Assembly: GCA_963676795.2 (NCBI GenBank)
Contig: CAXXTB010000001.1
Location: forward strand, 864,001-928,000
Source: Geopsychrobacteraceae bacterium
Lineage (GTDB): Bacteria; Desulfobacterota; Desulfuromonadia; Desulfuromonadales; Geopsychrobacteraceae
Direction: 5' to 3'
DNA length: 64,000 nucleotides
Within the stretch, counting starts at the first letter, position 1. Every line of letters begins with the position of its first letter. Below the pieces are notes generated by a model, which saw only the letters and a program-made list of their open reading frames with translations, was not told where the DNA came from and did not search any database. Positions 32,264 through 43,586 of this stretch are shown one piece after another. Position numbers and translations under genes: made by a program.

Positions 32264-33241
32264 TTACTCAAGGCTGTTCAGGGTTTCCTCGTAGAGACCG
32301 GCGGTCCACTCCGGGAACTGGCCTTTCATGACCTCGAGGGCATTCTGCATATAAGGGCCAACCTCGACCTCGACAACCTCAACGCCTTCGGCAACCATCT
32401 TGTCGATGTAGTCCTGTTCGGTTCCCTTGATCAGCTTGGTTGCAAACTGGGACATTTCCATACCGGTTTCTTCCAGCAGTTTCTGCTGATCAGCGGACAG
32501 TCTGTTCCAGAAAGCTGTACCGATAACCCATGGGGCCATGTGGACGTCATGGTTGGTGAGGATCAGGAATTTTGCCTGCTCGTAGAATTTGCCGCCATAG
32601 AGGGTTCCCGCTGGGTTTTCGATGCCGCTGACGATCCCCTGGGACATGGCGGTGTAGGCTTCAGACAGGGCCAGCGGAGTCGGGGTTGCACCGACCGACT
32701 TGGCCCAGTAGTTGGCGATCTTGGCATTCTGGACGCGAATTTTCTTACCGTTCATTTCGGCTGGGGTGGTCGCCCTGGTTTTGGAGAGCAGCTGGCGGGT
32801 GCCGTAGTAGAAATCGGAGATGAGGATATGCATCCCCTTGTCATCCAGCTTGCTCATCAGTTCCTTCATCTTGGGCGAATGAACCAGTTTGACCTTTTGC
32901 TCAACGGTGGTTCCGACATAGGGAGCGTTGATGACGCCGAGGTCGGGGACCAGATCGGCCAGGGCTCCGTAGGAGGCGATGGTGATGATGTTTGCACCCA
33001 TTTTTGCCTGCTGCTGGACGGTCGCTTCATCACCGAGCTGGCTACTTGGGAACTGTTTGAGAACGATGCTTCCGTTTGATTTTTCTTTGACGATTTTTGC
33101 CCAGTAGGTGACGGCCTGATCGACAGGCTCGCCAGGCTGGTTGCCGTAGGCGACCATGATTTCCAGGGTCTTGGCAGAGGCGCTGCCGGACACGACGGCA
33201 ACGAGTAACAGGGTCAGGCAGATACTCAACAGCTTCTTCAT
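32264..33241 (-). CDS. dctP: TRAP substrate-binding protein
   Basis: Signal peptide, FPSSQLG, GKKIRV, GATPTP..SEAYTAM.QG..G.ENP. Confidence 0.93.
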   Translation of the reverse strand: MKKLLSICLTLLLVAVVSGSASAKTLEIMVAYGNQPGEPVDQAVTYWAKIVKEKSNGSIVLKQFPSSQLGDEATVQQQAKMGANIITIASYGALADLVPDLGVINAPYVGTTVEQKVKLVHSPKMKELMSKLDDKGMHILISDFYYGTRQLLSKTRATTPAEMNGKKIRVQNAKIANYWAKSVGATPTPLALSEAYTAMSQGIVSGIENPAGTLYGGKFYEQAKFLILTNHDVHMAPWVIGTAFWNRLSADQQKLLEETGMEMSQFATKLIKGTEQDYIDKMVAEGVEVVEVEVGPYMQNALEVMKGQFPEWTAGLYEETLNSLE

Positions 33242-33357
33242 TCAAACCTCCATGCACCTTTGGTTGGTCCCGTTCATTCGGGCTTTTATTGAATTACGCA
33301 TCGCTTGGTGAGGTGATGCGCCAGTCATTGCATGTTGCAGATGTCGCTTTAAAAAGG

Positions 33358-33409
33358 TTGATTGACAGACAATCGAATGTTAGATTCATGTAAATTGTCT
33401 GTCAATCAA
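33358..33409 (-). promoter_or_regulatory. dctP-operon promoter overlapped by two FadR-type operators
   Basis: Minus strand TTGACA(33405-33400)-17 nt-TAACAT(33382-33377); perfect 16-bp inverted repeat TTGATTGACAGACAAT / ATTGTCTGTCAATCAA. Confidence 0.75.
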
Positions 33410-33549
33410 AAAAATAACGATGTATTCTTTTAGCCTGACAAGGGGCTGTCGCATCGCTAATGATGTCCTGAATTTGCTTTGTTTTGCTGCAACATATTAA
33501 ATTATAGCGGGTTATCTGAAAGATTTGAGGTTTGGCGGATATTTTTTGA

Positions 33550-33564
33550 TATTGTCAGACAATA
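33550..33564. promoter_or_regulatory. Palindromic operator upstream of the GntR gene
   Basis: TATTGTC-A-GACAATA, same core as the sites at 33362-33372 and 33395-33405. Confidence 0.7.
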
Positions 33565-33637
33565 ACTGGTATCAGGCGCGACGCTTGACTATTCAAAACG
33601 ACGTCATGATAATTGCCGGAGCTTGGAGTGAATTCAT

Positions 33638-34348
33638 ATGGGTGTGAAAGCCGTGCAGACAGTGAACGATAAAAACGAACGTCTCTATATCAGGGTGTCT
33701 CAGGATATAAAAAAATATCTGCTGGAGAATCATTTTCTCGAGGGGGATCGTCTGCCTTCAGAAACTGAACTGTCCAAGGTTCTGGGTGTCAGCCGTGCTA
33801 CTGTGCGCGAAGCGATTGTTGCCCTGGAGGTGTCGGGCGTTCTGGATGTCAGGCGCAACGTCGGAGCTGTTGTGCTGAATCTTGGCAGTGATCTGCACAG
33901 TCTTGTTAATATCGAGGCCGGACCTTTTGAGCAGATCCGGGTGCGTAAGCTGCTTGAGCCGGAAGCGGCAAGGCTGGCGGCTGAAAATCGTACGACCGAG
34001 CAGTGCCAGGCGATGGAGTCGGCAATAGAGATGATGGTCGGTGAGAATCGGGCCGGTTTTGAGACCGAGGATGGGGATATGCAGTTTCATCTGCTGATCG
34101 CCAGGGCTTCGGGCAATTCGTTGCTGGCCAGTTATATCGAGGGTCTCTGGGAGATGCGCCATCACGGCAAACTGTGGCCACAGCTCCAGCGCAGCGTCGA
34201 CATCAGTGCCATGAGAACCCGGGCGGTCTTTCAGCATATGCGCGTTCTCGAAGCGATTAAATCGGGCAATCCCGAGGGGGCTGCTCAGGCGATGACAAAG
34301 CACCTTGATTCGGTCGAAGAGGAGCTGGAAGGGACGATTCAAGGGTAA
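33638..34348 (+). CDS. GntR/FadR family regulator (ExuR/UxuR/LgoR-like)
   Basis: GDRLPSETEL..LGVSRATVREA wHTH; FCD domain (R..LE, D..FH..IA.ASGN). Confidence 0.92.
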   Translation: MGVKAVQTVNDKNERLYIRVSQDIKKYLLENHFLEGDRLPSETELSKVLGVSRATVREAIVALEVSGVLDVRRNVGAVVLNLGSDLHSLVNIEAGPFEQIRVRKLLEPEAARLAAENRTTEQCQAMESAIEMMVGENRAGFETEDGDMQFHLLIARASGNSLLASYIEGLWEMRHHGKLWPQLQRSVDISAMRTRAVFQHMRVLEAIKSGNPEGAAQAMTKHLDSVEEELEGTIQG

Positions 34349-34384
34349 ACTTTGGAAGAGGGCGGTGGGCCGTGACTCATGCAG

Positions 34385-34420
34385 CAGAAAAGCCCCGTAA
34401 ATTTAAGGGGCTTTTCTGTT
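34385..34420. terminator. Intrinsic terminator after GntR gene
   Basis: CAGAAAAGCCCC-10 nt-GGGGCTTTTCTG. Confidence 0.75.
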
Positions 34421-34740
34421 GTTTAGCTATGTTCTTTGAAGATCTTCACCGGGAAGATCGTTTTGGGTCGCATTGAAAGCGATCCATTGTGTGCTTTATT
34501 TGTGATGTGTTTAATGGTTCAATCCTCTACGGTCTGGTGGCTCAGAGACTCTCATAACGCCTTCCTCCCTTTATGTTAGAGTTGGTTAAACTCTAGCACA
34601 AATGAGCCTGAAAAGCGATAGCATTTCCCCGTTTTTTTCGCCCCGGGAAAAGTTATTCTTAATAGATGCAAAAGTGCCGGTAATGGTGTGTAATAGAAGA
34701 GTCGCTTATGGGAAGTCTTGCTTTTACAGGTTCAGAAGAT

Positions 34741-35526
34741 ATGCGCTTCGTACTTTACAACATCTGCTACGGAACAGGTCCGAAATTTCATCAGTTGCTC
34801 GGTGTGACCGGCAAGCAGCTGCGTCGTATCGAAGGTTTTCTGCGCGAACTTGAGCCTGACCTGGTCGGACTGGTCGAGATCGACTTCGGGTCGTTTCGCA
34901 GCGGGCGAAAAAACCAGGTCGAGCTGCTGGCGGAATCGTTGGGGCACTATCATTCCTATTCGATGAAGTACGACCAGTCTTCCCTGTGGCGCCATGTGCC
35001 GATCTTCAATCGCCAGGGGAATGCTTTTCTCGCCCGGGACCGGATCCATCATGAGACCTTTCACTATTTCGACAGCGGAATGAAACGTCTGGTTATCGAA
35101 CTGGAGCTGGATCATCTGGTTGTCTATCTGGTGCACCTCTCTTTGGGGGCGCGTACCCGTCAGCAGCAGCTCAATGCCCTGTTCAATCTGGTCAGGAGGG
35201 CCGACAAGCCTTGTATCGTAGCCGGTGATTTCAATGTCTTCTGGGGGGAACAGGAGATCGACCTGTTTCTTGCCGCGACCGGCTTGCGCAGTGTCAATAC
35301 CAGCGAACTTCCGACTTTTCCGAGCCACCGCCCGACCCGTCATCTCGATTTTATCCTCTGCAGTCCGGAAATCGAGGTGGTGAATTTTCAGATTCCCCGG
35401 GTCCGGTTCTCGGATCATCTGCCCCTGGTTCTTGATTTTAACGTCCAAGTTGAACGCGATAGGCGTGCCCGGAACCGTCCTGATCCGAACCCTGTCCCCC
35501 CTGAAGTCGAATCTCTCGCCCTCTGA
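34741..35526 (+). CDS. Endonuclease/exonuclease/phosphatase family protein
   Basis: YNI, DLVGLVE, GNA, HLSL, AGDFN, LDFIL, SDHLP. Confidence 0.9.
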   Translation: MRFVLYNICYGTGPKFHQLLGVTGKQLRRIEGFLRELEPDLVGLVEIDFGSFRSGRKNQVELLAESLGHYHSYSMKYDQSSLWRHVPIFNRQGNAFLARDRIHHETFHYFDSGMKRLVIELELDHLVVYLVHLSLGARTRQQQLNALFNLVRRADKPCIVAGDFNVFWGEQEIDLFLAATGLRSVNTSELPTFPSHRPTRHLDFILCSPEIEVVNFQIPRVRFSDHLPLVLDFNVQVERDRRARNRPDPNPVPPEVESLAL

Positions 35527-35566
35527 TTTTTACGAAAATTTACATTCCTTTGCGCGTCGATACTCT

Positions 35567-35731
35567 AGGAGGCTGTCGGGCTTTGCGGATCGTCACGAAA
35601 AACCAGTTGATTGAGGACAGATTTTCGACCGTTTGAGAGCGAATAGCCGTAGCTATTTGTCAAAAAGGGTCGGAAATATGGACCGATCAGATGATTTTGC
35701 AACAGATTCATGTAAAGTCCGACAGCCTCCT
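35567..35731. mobile_element. MITE (~165 bp) with 18-bp terminal inverted repeats
   Basis: AGGAGGCTGTCGGGCTTT (35567-35584) vs AAAGTCCGACAGCCTCCT (35714-35731), 17/18 complementary; CTAG/CTGG at the junctions; no transposase ORF. Confidence 0.8.
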
Positions 35732-35769
35732 GGGATACGAATAATTTCAGAGTTCGATATTGACAAAAA

Positions 35770-35804
35770 ATGACCATGAAGTCATATAATGACCCTTCGG
35801 TCAT
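35770..35804 (+). promoter_or_regulatory. Tandem TetR operators over the efflux operon promoter
   Basis: ATGAC-N6-GTCAT twice (35770-35785, 35789-35804) flanking TATAAT (35785-35790); TTGACA at 35760. Confidence 0.7.
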
Positions 35805-35854
35805 TTTTTAGGGATTGAGCGGGGTGCTGAATCCAGGCGAAACGAAGGGGACCT

Positions 35855-36457
35855 ATGGCTTCAGTCGGACGAAAAAAAGCGCTTCTTGATCAGCTGCTGC
35901 ATGAGGAGATTACCAAGGCTGTACTCTCACTGATTGCGGAAGATCAAACCGTTACTATGGAGATGGTTGCCAAGCGCTGCGGTGTTGCCAAGGGGACTCT
36001 CTACAACTATTTTCGCAACAAGGACGATTTGCTTCAGGTGGTCAATGAATCGGTTCTTGGCGAAATTGTTGCCGGCAATAACGTGGTTTGGCAATCTTCT
36101 GCACCTCCTCTGGAGAGACTGATGAATTTTGTCGATCATGTCTATCGGACCTTTGATAAATATTCGGTCTATTTCCGTTTTATCAGGCGCGGCAAGTCGG
36201 CAGATGAAATGCTGGAAAAACGCGATCAGTTGATTATCAGTCCCCTGGAAAAAATCATTGTTGAGGGAATATCCGGAGGGGAGTTTGTTGCCAGTGATCC
36301 TTTTATTCTGGCTGAAATGCTTCATGGCGCGATCATCGGTGCGCTGGAAGGACTTGCTTATCACGAGACGGGTGAGCGGGATATGGAGCAGATGAAACAG
36401 AATGTCAAAATGCTTATAGTCAAAGTTACCTCAGTTCAGGTGCAGGAGAAGTTATGA
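35855..36457 (+). CDS. TetR/AcrR family regulator
   Basis: TMEMVAKRCGVAKGTLYNYFRNKDDL HTH. Confidence 0.93.
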   Translation: MASVGRKKALLDQLLHEEITKAVLSLIAEDQTVTMEMVAKRCGVAKGTLYNYFRNKDDLLQVVNESVLGEIVAGNNVVWQSSAPPLERLMNFVDHVYRTFDKYSVYFRFIRRGKSADEMLEKRDQLIISPLEKIIVEGISGGEFVASDPFILAEMLHGAIIGALEGLAYHETGERDMEQMKQNVKMLIVKVTSVQVQEKL

Positions 36458-37608
36458 GAAAGAAAGTGTGGGTCGGAGTCGTCATTGTTGCTCTGGTCGT
36501 CTGTGTTTATCAGTTGTTGACAGTAAAATCATACGCAGCTTCCCCAGCCGGTGCGGCTGGTCAGCAGCGGGCTGTCGCTGTGGATGTCGTTGCGGTGACG
36601 GCACAGGATCTGGTTCTGACCGAAGAACTTCCAGGGCGGACCTCGGCGTATCAGGTCGCCGAGATTCGTCCTCAGGTCAGCGGAATTGTTGTCAAACGCA
36701 TGTTCACCGAGGGGAGCCTCGTCAAGAAGGGGCAGCAGCTTTATCAGATTGATGACGCCCCTTATCTGGCGACCTTCGACAGTGCCGCCGCAGGCTTGAA
36801 AAAGGCCGAGGCGACCTTGCGCGCTGCCGAGCCGACCCTGGAGCGCTACACCCGGCTGATTGATCTCGGCGGCGTCAGTCGTCAGGATTACGACAGCGCC
36901 GTTGCCGCTGTTGAGCAGGCCAAAGCCGATGTCGCTGTGGCCAGAGCTGCGGTTTCGGCGGCCATGATCAACCTCAATTACACCAAGGTTCTCGCGCCGA
37001 TCTCCGGTCGCATCGGTCGCTCTGAGGTGACCGAAGGGGCGCTGGTGACAGCGAACCAGACTACCGCCCTGGCGACTATCCAGAACCTGAGCAAGGTCTA
37101 TGTCGACGTCAGTCAGTCGGCCAGTGCGCTGATGAAGTTGCGCAGGCAGGCGGGCTCAGTGAACGCAAAACACTTGACCGAGGCTGAGCTGCTGCTCGAT
37201 GGCGAGGCGGATCCCTATACGCAAAAGGGCGAGGTGCTTTTCTCTGATATCAGCGTCGATGAGTCAACCGGTATGGTTCAGCTGCGGATTCTCTTTCCCA
37301 ACCCCGACGAGTATCTGCTGCCCGGTCTGTTCGTCAAGGCCAGACTTGCCCAGGCGGCTCTGAACGATGCGGTTGTTGTCCCGCAGCAGTCGGTGATCCG
37401 GGGTGCTGGCGGTTCCAGCAGTGTCTGGGTTGTCGGTGATGACGATACGGTATCGTCGCGTCCTGTTGTTGTGACCAGGGCTCTGGGTGACAAGTGGCTG
37501 GTTGAGTCAGGGGTTGAGAGCGGCGAGCGGATTGTGCTCTCCGGTGTTCAGAAGATCCGTGCCGGAGCGAAGGTCACTCCTAACGTCGTAACCGCTTCGG
37601 CTCAGTAA
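36454..37608 (+). CDS. RND efflux periplasmic adaptor (AcrA/MexA-like)
   Basis: [34 protein letters not shown]. Confidence 0.95.
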   Translation: MRKKVWVGVVIVALVVCVYQLLTVKSYAASPAGAAGQQRAVAVDVVAVTAQDLVLTEELPGRTSAYQVAEIRPQVSGIVVKRMFTEGSLVKKGQQLYQIDDAPYLATFDSAAAGLKKAEATLRAAEPTLERYTRLIDLGGVSRQDYDSAVAAVEQAKADVAVARAAVSAAMINLNYTKVLAPISGRIGRSEVTEGALVTANQTTALATIQNLSKVYVDVSQSASALMKLRRQAGSVNAKHLTEAELLLDGEADPYTQKGEVLFSDISVDESTGMVQLRILFPNPDEYLLPGLFVKARLAQAALNDAVVVPQQSVIRGAGGSSSVWVVGDDDTVSSRPVVVTRALGDKWLVESGVESGERIVLSGVQKIRAGAKVTPNVVTASAQ

Positions 37609-37625
37609 CCAGACAGGATAAAGCA

Positions 37626-40600
37626 ATGCCCAGATTTTTTATCGAACGACCCATCTTTGCCTGGGTTATCGCCATCGTCATTATGCTGGGTGGGGTGTTT
37701 GCCATTGAAACCCTGCCGGTTGAACAGTATCCGCAGATCGCTCCGCCAAGCGTTTCGATCAGGGCCAATTATTCGGGCGCTTCGGCCGAGGTGCTTGAGA
37801 ATAGCGTCACCCAGGTTATCGAACAGAGTCTGACCGGGATCGATAACCTGCGTTACTTTTCCTCTTCCAGTGATTCCAACGGCAACATGTCGATCAGTTT
37901 GACCTTCGAGCCGGGGACCGATGCGGATATCGCCCAGGTGCAGGTTCAGAACAAGGTCTCGCAGGTTTCCAGCCTGCTCCCCCAGGCTGTTCAGCAGCAG
38001 GGGGTTGTGGTTCGCAAGTCGTCATCGGGTTTTTTGATGGTTGTTGGCGTTTCGTCAACCGACCCTAATGTCAGCGAATATGAGATCGCTGATTATCTCA
38101 ACTCGAACCTGGTTGACCCGATCAGTCGTCTGAACGGCGTCGGTACCGTCAATGTCTTCGGCGCCCAGAAGGCGATGCGCATCTGGCTCAATCCGGAAGC
38201 ATTGCACAGCTACAGCCTGATGCCCTCGGATATCGAGTCGGCGATCAAGGCTCAGAATGTCGAGGTCTCCTCCGGCCAGCTTGGTGCTGGTCCTGCGGTA
38301 GCCGGGCAGCAGCTCAATGCGACGATCAAGGCGATGACCAAGCTGCAGACGGTCGAACAGTTTGAAGCGCTCCTGATCAAGGTCAAGACCGATGGTTCTC
38401 AGGTGCGTCTCAAGGACGTCGCCCGGATTGAGCTTGGCGCCCAGTCTTACAGCTCGATCGTCCGTTACAAGGGGATGCCGGCCAGTGGCATCGGGGTTTC
38501 GCTGGCGACCGGGGCCAATGCCCTGGAAACTGCAGAGCTGGTCAAGACCAAGGTTGAAGAGTTGAAGGCTTTCATGCCGGCCGGTTATGAAGTCAATTAT
38601 CCCTATGATTCGACCCCCTTCGTTGAGCTGTCGATTCACGAGGTGGTCAAGACCCTGATCGAAGCGATCGTGCTGGTTTTCTTCGTCATGTTCCTGTTCC
38701 TGCAGAATTTCCGGGCGACCCTGATTCCAACCATCGCCGTGCCGGTCGTTCTGCTCGGAACCTTCGGCATTCTCGAAGCCGCCGGATACTCGATCAACGT
38801 ACTGACCATGTTTGCCATGGTTCTCGCCATCGGCCTGCTGGTCGATGATGCCATTGTCGTTGTCGAGAACGTTGAACGGATTATGTCTACGGAGGGGTTG
38901 TCACCCAAGGAAGCGACAAAGAAATCGATGAGTCAGATCACCGGGGCCCTGGTCGGGATCGCCCTGGTTCTTTCCGCCGTTTTCGTGCCGATGGCCTTCT
39001 TCGGCGGTTCGACGGGGGCGATCTACCGCCAGTTTTCGATCACTATTGTCTCGGCAATGGCCCTGTCGGTGCTGGTTGCGCTGATCCTGACACCGGCTCT
39101 CTGTGCTACCATGCTCAAGCCGATCGAGCAGGGACACTTCCTGCAGCGACGCGGCTTCTTCGGTTGGTTCAATCGCAGCTTCGAGGCCGGCAAGGCGACC
39201 TATCGCAAGAGTGTCGGTTATGTCGCGGCCCGATCACTACGCTTTTTTATCATCTATCTGCTGATTATCGGCGGGCTGCTGTTTGTCTTTCGCCAGTTGC
39301 CGACCTCTTTTATCCCGAATGAGGATCAGGGGATCATGATTCTGCTCATCACCGCTCCCTCTGGTTCGACCCTTGAGCGAACACGGTCGGTCGCACAGCA
39401 GGTTGAGAGCTATTTCCGTGATGAAGAGCAGGACAACGTTGCTGCCTATTTCACCGCGACCGGTTTCAGCTTTTCCGGTGAAGGGCAGAATGTCGCCCTC
39501 GGTTTCATTCGGCTGAAAGACTGGGCTGAGCGCACTGGCGCCGGGCAGTCGGCTGCGGAAATCGCCGGCAGGGCGACGATGAAGCTGGCTGCAATCAAGG
39601 ATGCGATGATCTTCGTCGTCATTCCACCGCCGATTCATGAACTTGGTAACGCCACCGGGTTCAATTTTGTGCTTGTCGATCGCGGCGGGATCGGTCATGA
39701 GGCCCTGACCCAGGCACGCAATATGATGCTCGGCATGGCGTCCCAGGATCCGCGCCTGACCAAGGTTCGTCCAAACGGGATGTCGGATGTCGCCCAGTAC
39801 CAGCTGGATATCGACCAGGAGAAGGCTGCCGCACTGGGACTCTCGATTGCTGATGTCACCGATGTGCTTTCCAGTGCCTGGGGCGCGACTTACGTCAACG
39901 ACTTTATCGATGACGGCCGGATCAAGAAGGTCTACATGCAGGCCGATGCTCCCTACCGGATGCTGCCTGAGGACATCAACCGCTGGTATGTGCGCAACAG
40001 CAGTGGTGAAATGGTGCCGTTTTCTTCATTCGTGACGGCACACTGGGACTTTGGACCACAGCGGCTGGAGCGTTTCAACGGCAACTCATCGATGGAAATC
40101 CAGGGTGAGCCTGCTGCCGGTGTCAGTTCCGGTATCGCTATGGCGGCCATCGAAGAGATGGCCCAGAAGCTGCCTGAAGGGGTCGGGATCGAGTGGACCG
40201 GGATCTCCTACGAGGAGCGTCTGGCCGGATCGCAGACGACCATGCTCTACGCTGTTTCCCTGCTGATCGTTTTCCTCTGTCTGGCAGCTCTTTACGAGAG
40301 CTGGGCGATTCCTTTCGCGGTCATGCTGATCGTCCCGCTGGGGATTGTCGGGACTGTTGTTGCGACCCGCCTGGCCGGGCTTTCGAATGACGTCTATTTT
40401 CAGATCGCCCTGTTGACCACGGTCGGTCTGGCGGCCAAAAACGCGATTCTGATCGTTGAGTTTGCCAAGAGCCTCTATGAAAGCGGGCGCAGTGTCATTG
40501 TTTCGGCAATGGTGGCCGCCGAACAGCGTTTGCGGCCAATTCTGATGACCTCCTTGGCTTTTATCCTCGGTGTCACGCCGCTGGCGATCTCCCGCGGTGC

Positions 40601-40772
40601 CGGCTCTGCCAGCCAGAATGCCATCGGTATCGGGGTTATCGGCGGGATGGTGGCAGCGACAACCCTGGCGGTTGTCTTTGTACCGATGTTCTTTATCGTC
40701 ATCGAAAAATGGTCGCTGAACAGGAAACGAAAACAACGCAAAACTCAAAGTGAGGTCAAGCATGATGCGTAA
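37626..40772 (+). CDS. HAE1 RND efflux permease (AcrB/MexB-like)
   Basis: [52 protein letters not shown]. Confidence 0.97.
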   Translation: MPRFFIERPIFAWVIAIVIMLGGVFAIETLPVEQYPQIAPPSVSIRANYSGASAEVLENSVTQVIEQSLTGIDNLRYFSSSSDSNGNMSISLTFEPGTDADIAQVQVQNKVSQVSSLLPQAVQQQGVVVRKSSSGFLMVVGVSSTDPNVSEYEIADYLNSNLVDPISRLNGVGTVNVFGAQKAMRIWLNPEALHSYSLMPSDIESAIKAQNVEVSSGQLGAGPAVAGQQLNATIKAMTKLQTVEQFEALLIKVKTDGSQVRLKDVARIELGAQSYSSIVRYKGMPASGIGVSLATGANALETAELVKTKVEELKAFMPAGYEVNYPYDSTPFVELSIHEVVKTLIEAIVLVFFVMFLFLQNFRATLIPTIAVPVVLLGTFGILEAAGYSINVLTMFAMVLAIGLLVDDAIVVVENVERIMSTEGLSPKEATKKSMSQITGALVGIALVLSAVFVPMAFFGGSTGAIYRQFSITIVSAMALSVLVALILTPALCATMLKPIEQGHFLQRRGFFGWFNRSFEAGKATYRKSVGYVAARSLRFFIIYLLIIGGLLFVFRQLPTSFIPNEDQGIMILLITAPSGSTLERTRSVAQQVESYFRDEEQDNVAAYFTATGFSFSGEGQNVALGFIRLKDWAERTGAGQSAAEIAGRATMKLAAIKDAMIFVVIPPPIHELGNATGFNFVLVDRGGIGHEALTQARNMMLGMASQDPRLTKVRPNGMSDVAQYQLDIDQEKAAALGLSIADVTDVLSSAWGATYVNDFIDDGRIKKVYMQADAPYRMLPEDINRWYVRNSSGEMVPFSSFVTAHWDFGPQRLERFNGNSSMEIQGEPAAGVSSGIAMAAIEEMAQKLPEGVGIEWTGISYEERLAGSQTTMLYAVSLLIVFLCLAALYESWAIPFAVMLIVPLGIVGTVVATRLAGLSNDVYFQIALLTTVGLAAKNAILIVEFAKSLYESGRSVIVSAMVAAEQRLRPILMTSLAFILGVTPLAISRGAGSASQNAIGIGVIGGMVAATTLAVVFVPMFFIVIEKWSLNRKRKQRKTQSEVKHDA

Positions 40773-42162
40773 TCTGATAAGCCTGTCTCTGCTGGTTGTC
40801 TTGGGGCTGAGCGGCTGTTCGCTGGCCCCGGTCTACCAGCGTCCGGAAGCCCCGCTGGCCGAAAACTGGCCGGCGGCAGAAGGGGACGCTCAGGCCGGTT
40901 CTGCCGCCGATGTCACCTGGCAGGATTACTTCCGTTCCGAGCCGCTCAAGCAGCTGATCGGTCGCGCTCTGGAGCAGAACCGCAACCTGAAGATCGCCGC
41001 CCTGAATATCGAACAGGCGCGGGCTGCCTACCGGATCCAGCGCGACGAACTGCTGCCGACCATCACCGCCAACGCCAGTGTTACCCGTGGTGGGGTTCCG
41101 GAAGCCACCAGCAGCAGCGGGGCTGACTATGTCTACACCAGCGCCAGCGCCAACGTCGCCCTGGCTTCCTATGAGGTCGATTTCTTCGGTCGCATCAGAA
41201 GCCTCAACGAGCAGGCCCTGGAGACCTATCTGGCGACGGAAGAGGCGCTGCTCAGCAGTCGCATGGCGCTCATCTCAGAAACGGCGAATGCCTATCTGGT
41301 TTATCTCGCCGATCAGAAGCTGCTCGGACTGTCTGAGCAGACCTTCGCCGCTTATAATGAGACACTCAAGCTGGTCAGCCGTCAGTATGAGGTCGGTGCC
41401 GCAACCCAGCTGGCAGTCGCCCAGGCGACAACCTCGGTCGAGTCGGCCCGCGCTTCGATCGCTCTCTACAGTCGCCAGCTGGCTCAGGCCAAAAATGCCC
41501 TGGTCTATCTCTGCGGCGGACCGGTCGATGACCTGCTGAATGCGGGGGAAACGATCGATAGCATCGAACTGCGCAGTGAGCTGCCGGTCGGCCTGCCATC
41601 AGAGGTTCTCCAGGCCCGTCCCGATGTCCGCCAGGCCGAGTATCAGCTCAAGGCGGCCAATGCTGATATCGGTGCTGCCCGTGCTGCACTCTTTCCGACC
41701 ATCTCTCTGACCGGTTCTCTTGGTCTGGCCAGCGACAGCCTCGAGGGGTTGCTCAAGTCGAGCGCCCGTTATGCCTGGGCCTTTACTCCGTCGGTAACCA
41801 TGCCGATCTTCAATCGCGGCCAGCTCAGGGTCAGCCTTGAGGTCGCCAAGGTCGAAGAGCGGATCGCTGCGGCGACCTATGAGCAGGTGCTGCAGGTTGC
41901 CTTTCAGGAGGTTGCCGATCAGTTGGCAGCCCGTTCGGCCTACCGTCAGCAGCTGGAGGCGCAGAATGCTTTGGTCGCCGCCGCCGAGCAGGCCTATGTT
42001 CTGGCCAAAGCACGCTACGACAATGGTGTCGACAGTTTTCTGACTCTGCTCGATGCTCAGCGGACTCTGCTCTTGGCTCGGCAATCTTCAGTTTCTGTGC
42101 GTCAGGCCTATCTGGCCAACATGGTCAGCCTCTACAATGTCCTCGGTGGCGGCCAACTTTAA
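40762..42162 (+). CDS. Outer-membrane efflux lipoprotein (OprM/NodT-like)
   Basis: Lipobox [36 protein letters not shown]. Confidence 0.95.
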   Translation: MMRNLISLSLLVVLGLSGCSLAPVYQRPEAPLAENWPAAEGDAQAGSAADVTWQDYFRSEPLKQLIGRALEQNRNLKIAALNIEQARAAYRIQRDELLPTITANASVTRGGVPEATSSSGADYVYTSASANVALASYEVDFFGRIRSLNEQALETYLATEEALLSSRMALISETANAYLVYLADQKLLGLSEQTFAAYNETLKLVSRQYEVGAATQLAVAQATTSVESARASIALYSRQLAQAKNALVYLCGGPVDDLLNAGETIDSIELRSELPVGLPSEVLQARPDVRQAEYQLKAANADIGAARAALFPTISLTGSLGLASDSLEGLLKSSARYAWAFTPSVTMPIFNRGQLRVSLEVAKVEERIAAATYEQVLQVAFQEVADQLAARSAYRQQLEAQNALVAAAEQAYVLAKARYDNGVDSFLTLLDAQRTLLLARQSSVSVRQAYLANMVSLYNVLGGGQL

Positions 42163-42353
42163 ACGGTTTTTCCTGCCGTAGCGGATCGGCAATCCGGATA
42201 TATCGGTTGCTGATCCGCTCTTTTCTCAGTAGAATCCTCAAAATTTCAATCTTTTCTGGCCCTGGCGCTCTATCATCGCTATACTCTTGCGCGCCGTGGG
42301 CATATCTGTTAGCAGGCCTATTGTTTATTACCGCGACCTTCGGGAGAGTTGAA

Positions 42354-43406
42354 ATGATCAAAGCTGCCATTGCCAAGCTGGTTGAGCGACAGAATCTGGA
42401 CGAGATCGAAATGATCGAAGCCATGAGTCAGATCATGGGCGGGGAGGCAACCCCGGCTCAGGTCGGTGCTTTCGTGACGGCCTTGCGGATGAAGGGGGAG
42501 ACGATTCCGGAGATCGTCGGCGCGGCCCGGGTCATGCGTGCCCATGCCACACCGATCCGGGTCGGCGATGTTGTCGATATCGACCGTGATGATATCAACC
42601 TCGACCGCGAAACCATCCTCGACACCTGTGGTACCGGCGGCAGCGGGACGCGCAGTTTCAATATTTCAACCACCGTGGCGCTGGTTGTCGCCGCCTGCGG
42701 GGCCAAGGTCGCCAAGCATGGCAACCGCAGCGTTTCTTCGGCCTGCGGCAGCGCCGATGTGCTGGAAAAACTCGGAGTTAAACTCGATATCACCCCCGAA
42801 CTGGTCGGTGAGTGCGTCGACCGGATCGGGGTCGGCTTTCTCTTTGCCCCGGCGCTGCACGGGGCGATGAAATACGCCATCGGTCCGCGCCGTGAGATCG
42901 GTATCCGCACCATTTTCAATCTGCTCGGTCCGCTGACCAACCCGGCCGGTGCGAACCGTCAGGTGCTGGGTGTCTATCGCGAAGACCTGGTCGAGCCGCT
43001 GGCCAAGGTTCTGTTGAGCCTCGGTTGTCGGCGCGGCTTTGTTGTTCACGGCAGCGACGGAATGGATGAAATAACCCTGACCGGGCCGACTCTGGTCGCT
43101 GCGATCAGTGGCAGCAGCGTCGAACTGCAGCAGATCAGCCCGGAGCAGTTCGGTTTCAACAGCTGCCGGCTGGAAGAACTGCAGGGGGGGGATGCCGAGG
43201 CAAATGCCAGGATCATTCTGGCGATTCTGAATGGAGAAACCGGGCCGAAGCGCGATATCGTTCTGCTTAACAGCGCCTATGCTCTGGTTGCCGCCGGGCT
43301 TGCCGCCGATGTCGATAACGGCATTGAACTGGCAAAAATGGCTCTTGATGACGGCCTGGCCAGGGAAAAACTGAATGCACTGATTCGCATGACGAATCAG
43401 TGCTGA
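42354..43406 (+). CDS. trpD: Anthranilate phosphoribosyltransferase
   Basis: [40 protein letters not shown]. Confidence 0.97.
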   Translation: MIKAAIAKLVERQNLDEIEMIEAMSQIMGGEATPAQVGAFVTALRMKGETIPEIVGAARVMRAHATPIRVGDVVDIDRDDINLDRETILDTCGTGGSGTRSFNISTTVALVVAACGAKVAKHGNRSVSSACGSADVLEKLGVKLDITPELVGECVDRIGVGFLFAPALHGAMKYAIGPRREIGIRTIFNLLGPLTNPAGANRQVLGVYREDLVEPLAKVLLSLGCRRGFVVHGSDGMDEITLTGPTLVAAISGSSVELQQISPEQFGFNSCRLEELQGGDAEANARIILAILNGETGPKRDIVLLNSAYALVAAGLAADVDNGIELAKMALDDGLAREKLNALIRMTNQC

Positions 43407-43526
43407 TGGCGTTGCAAAAACTCACCAACTGCTGTGTTGCTGTCATCATCTAGCTGCTTCAGCGTACATGGGTAGCTTTATTGCTTGATCATGACGCATC
43501 TTACATTCGGCGTTTTTTTAGCCATC
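43405..43526. repeat. Degenerate palindromic intergenic element
   Basis: Ends GATGGC..CAAAAA / TTTTT..GCCATC are inverted; central GCGTAC..GTAGC remnant like the hairpin at 20942-20971. Confidence 0.5.
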
Positions 43527-43586
43527 GAGCTGCTGTCCTGATATTTCAGGTCTGACAGGTCACATAATTTTTTACGAGATGGATGA

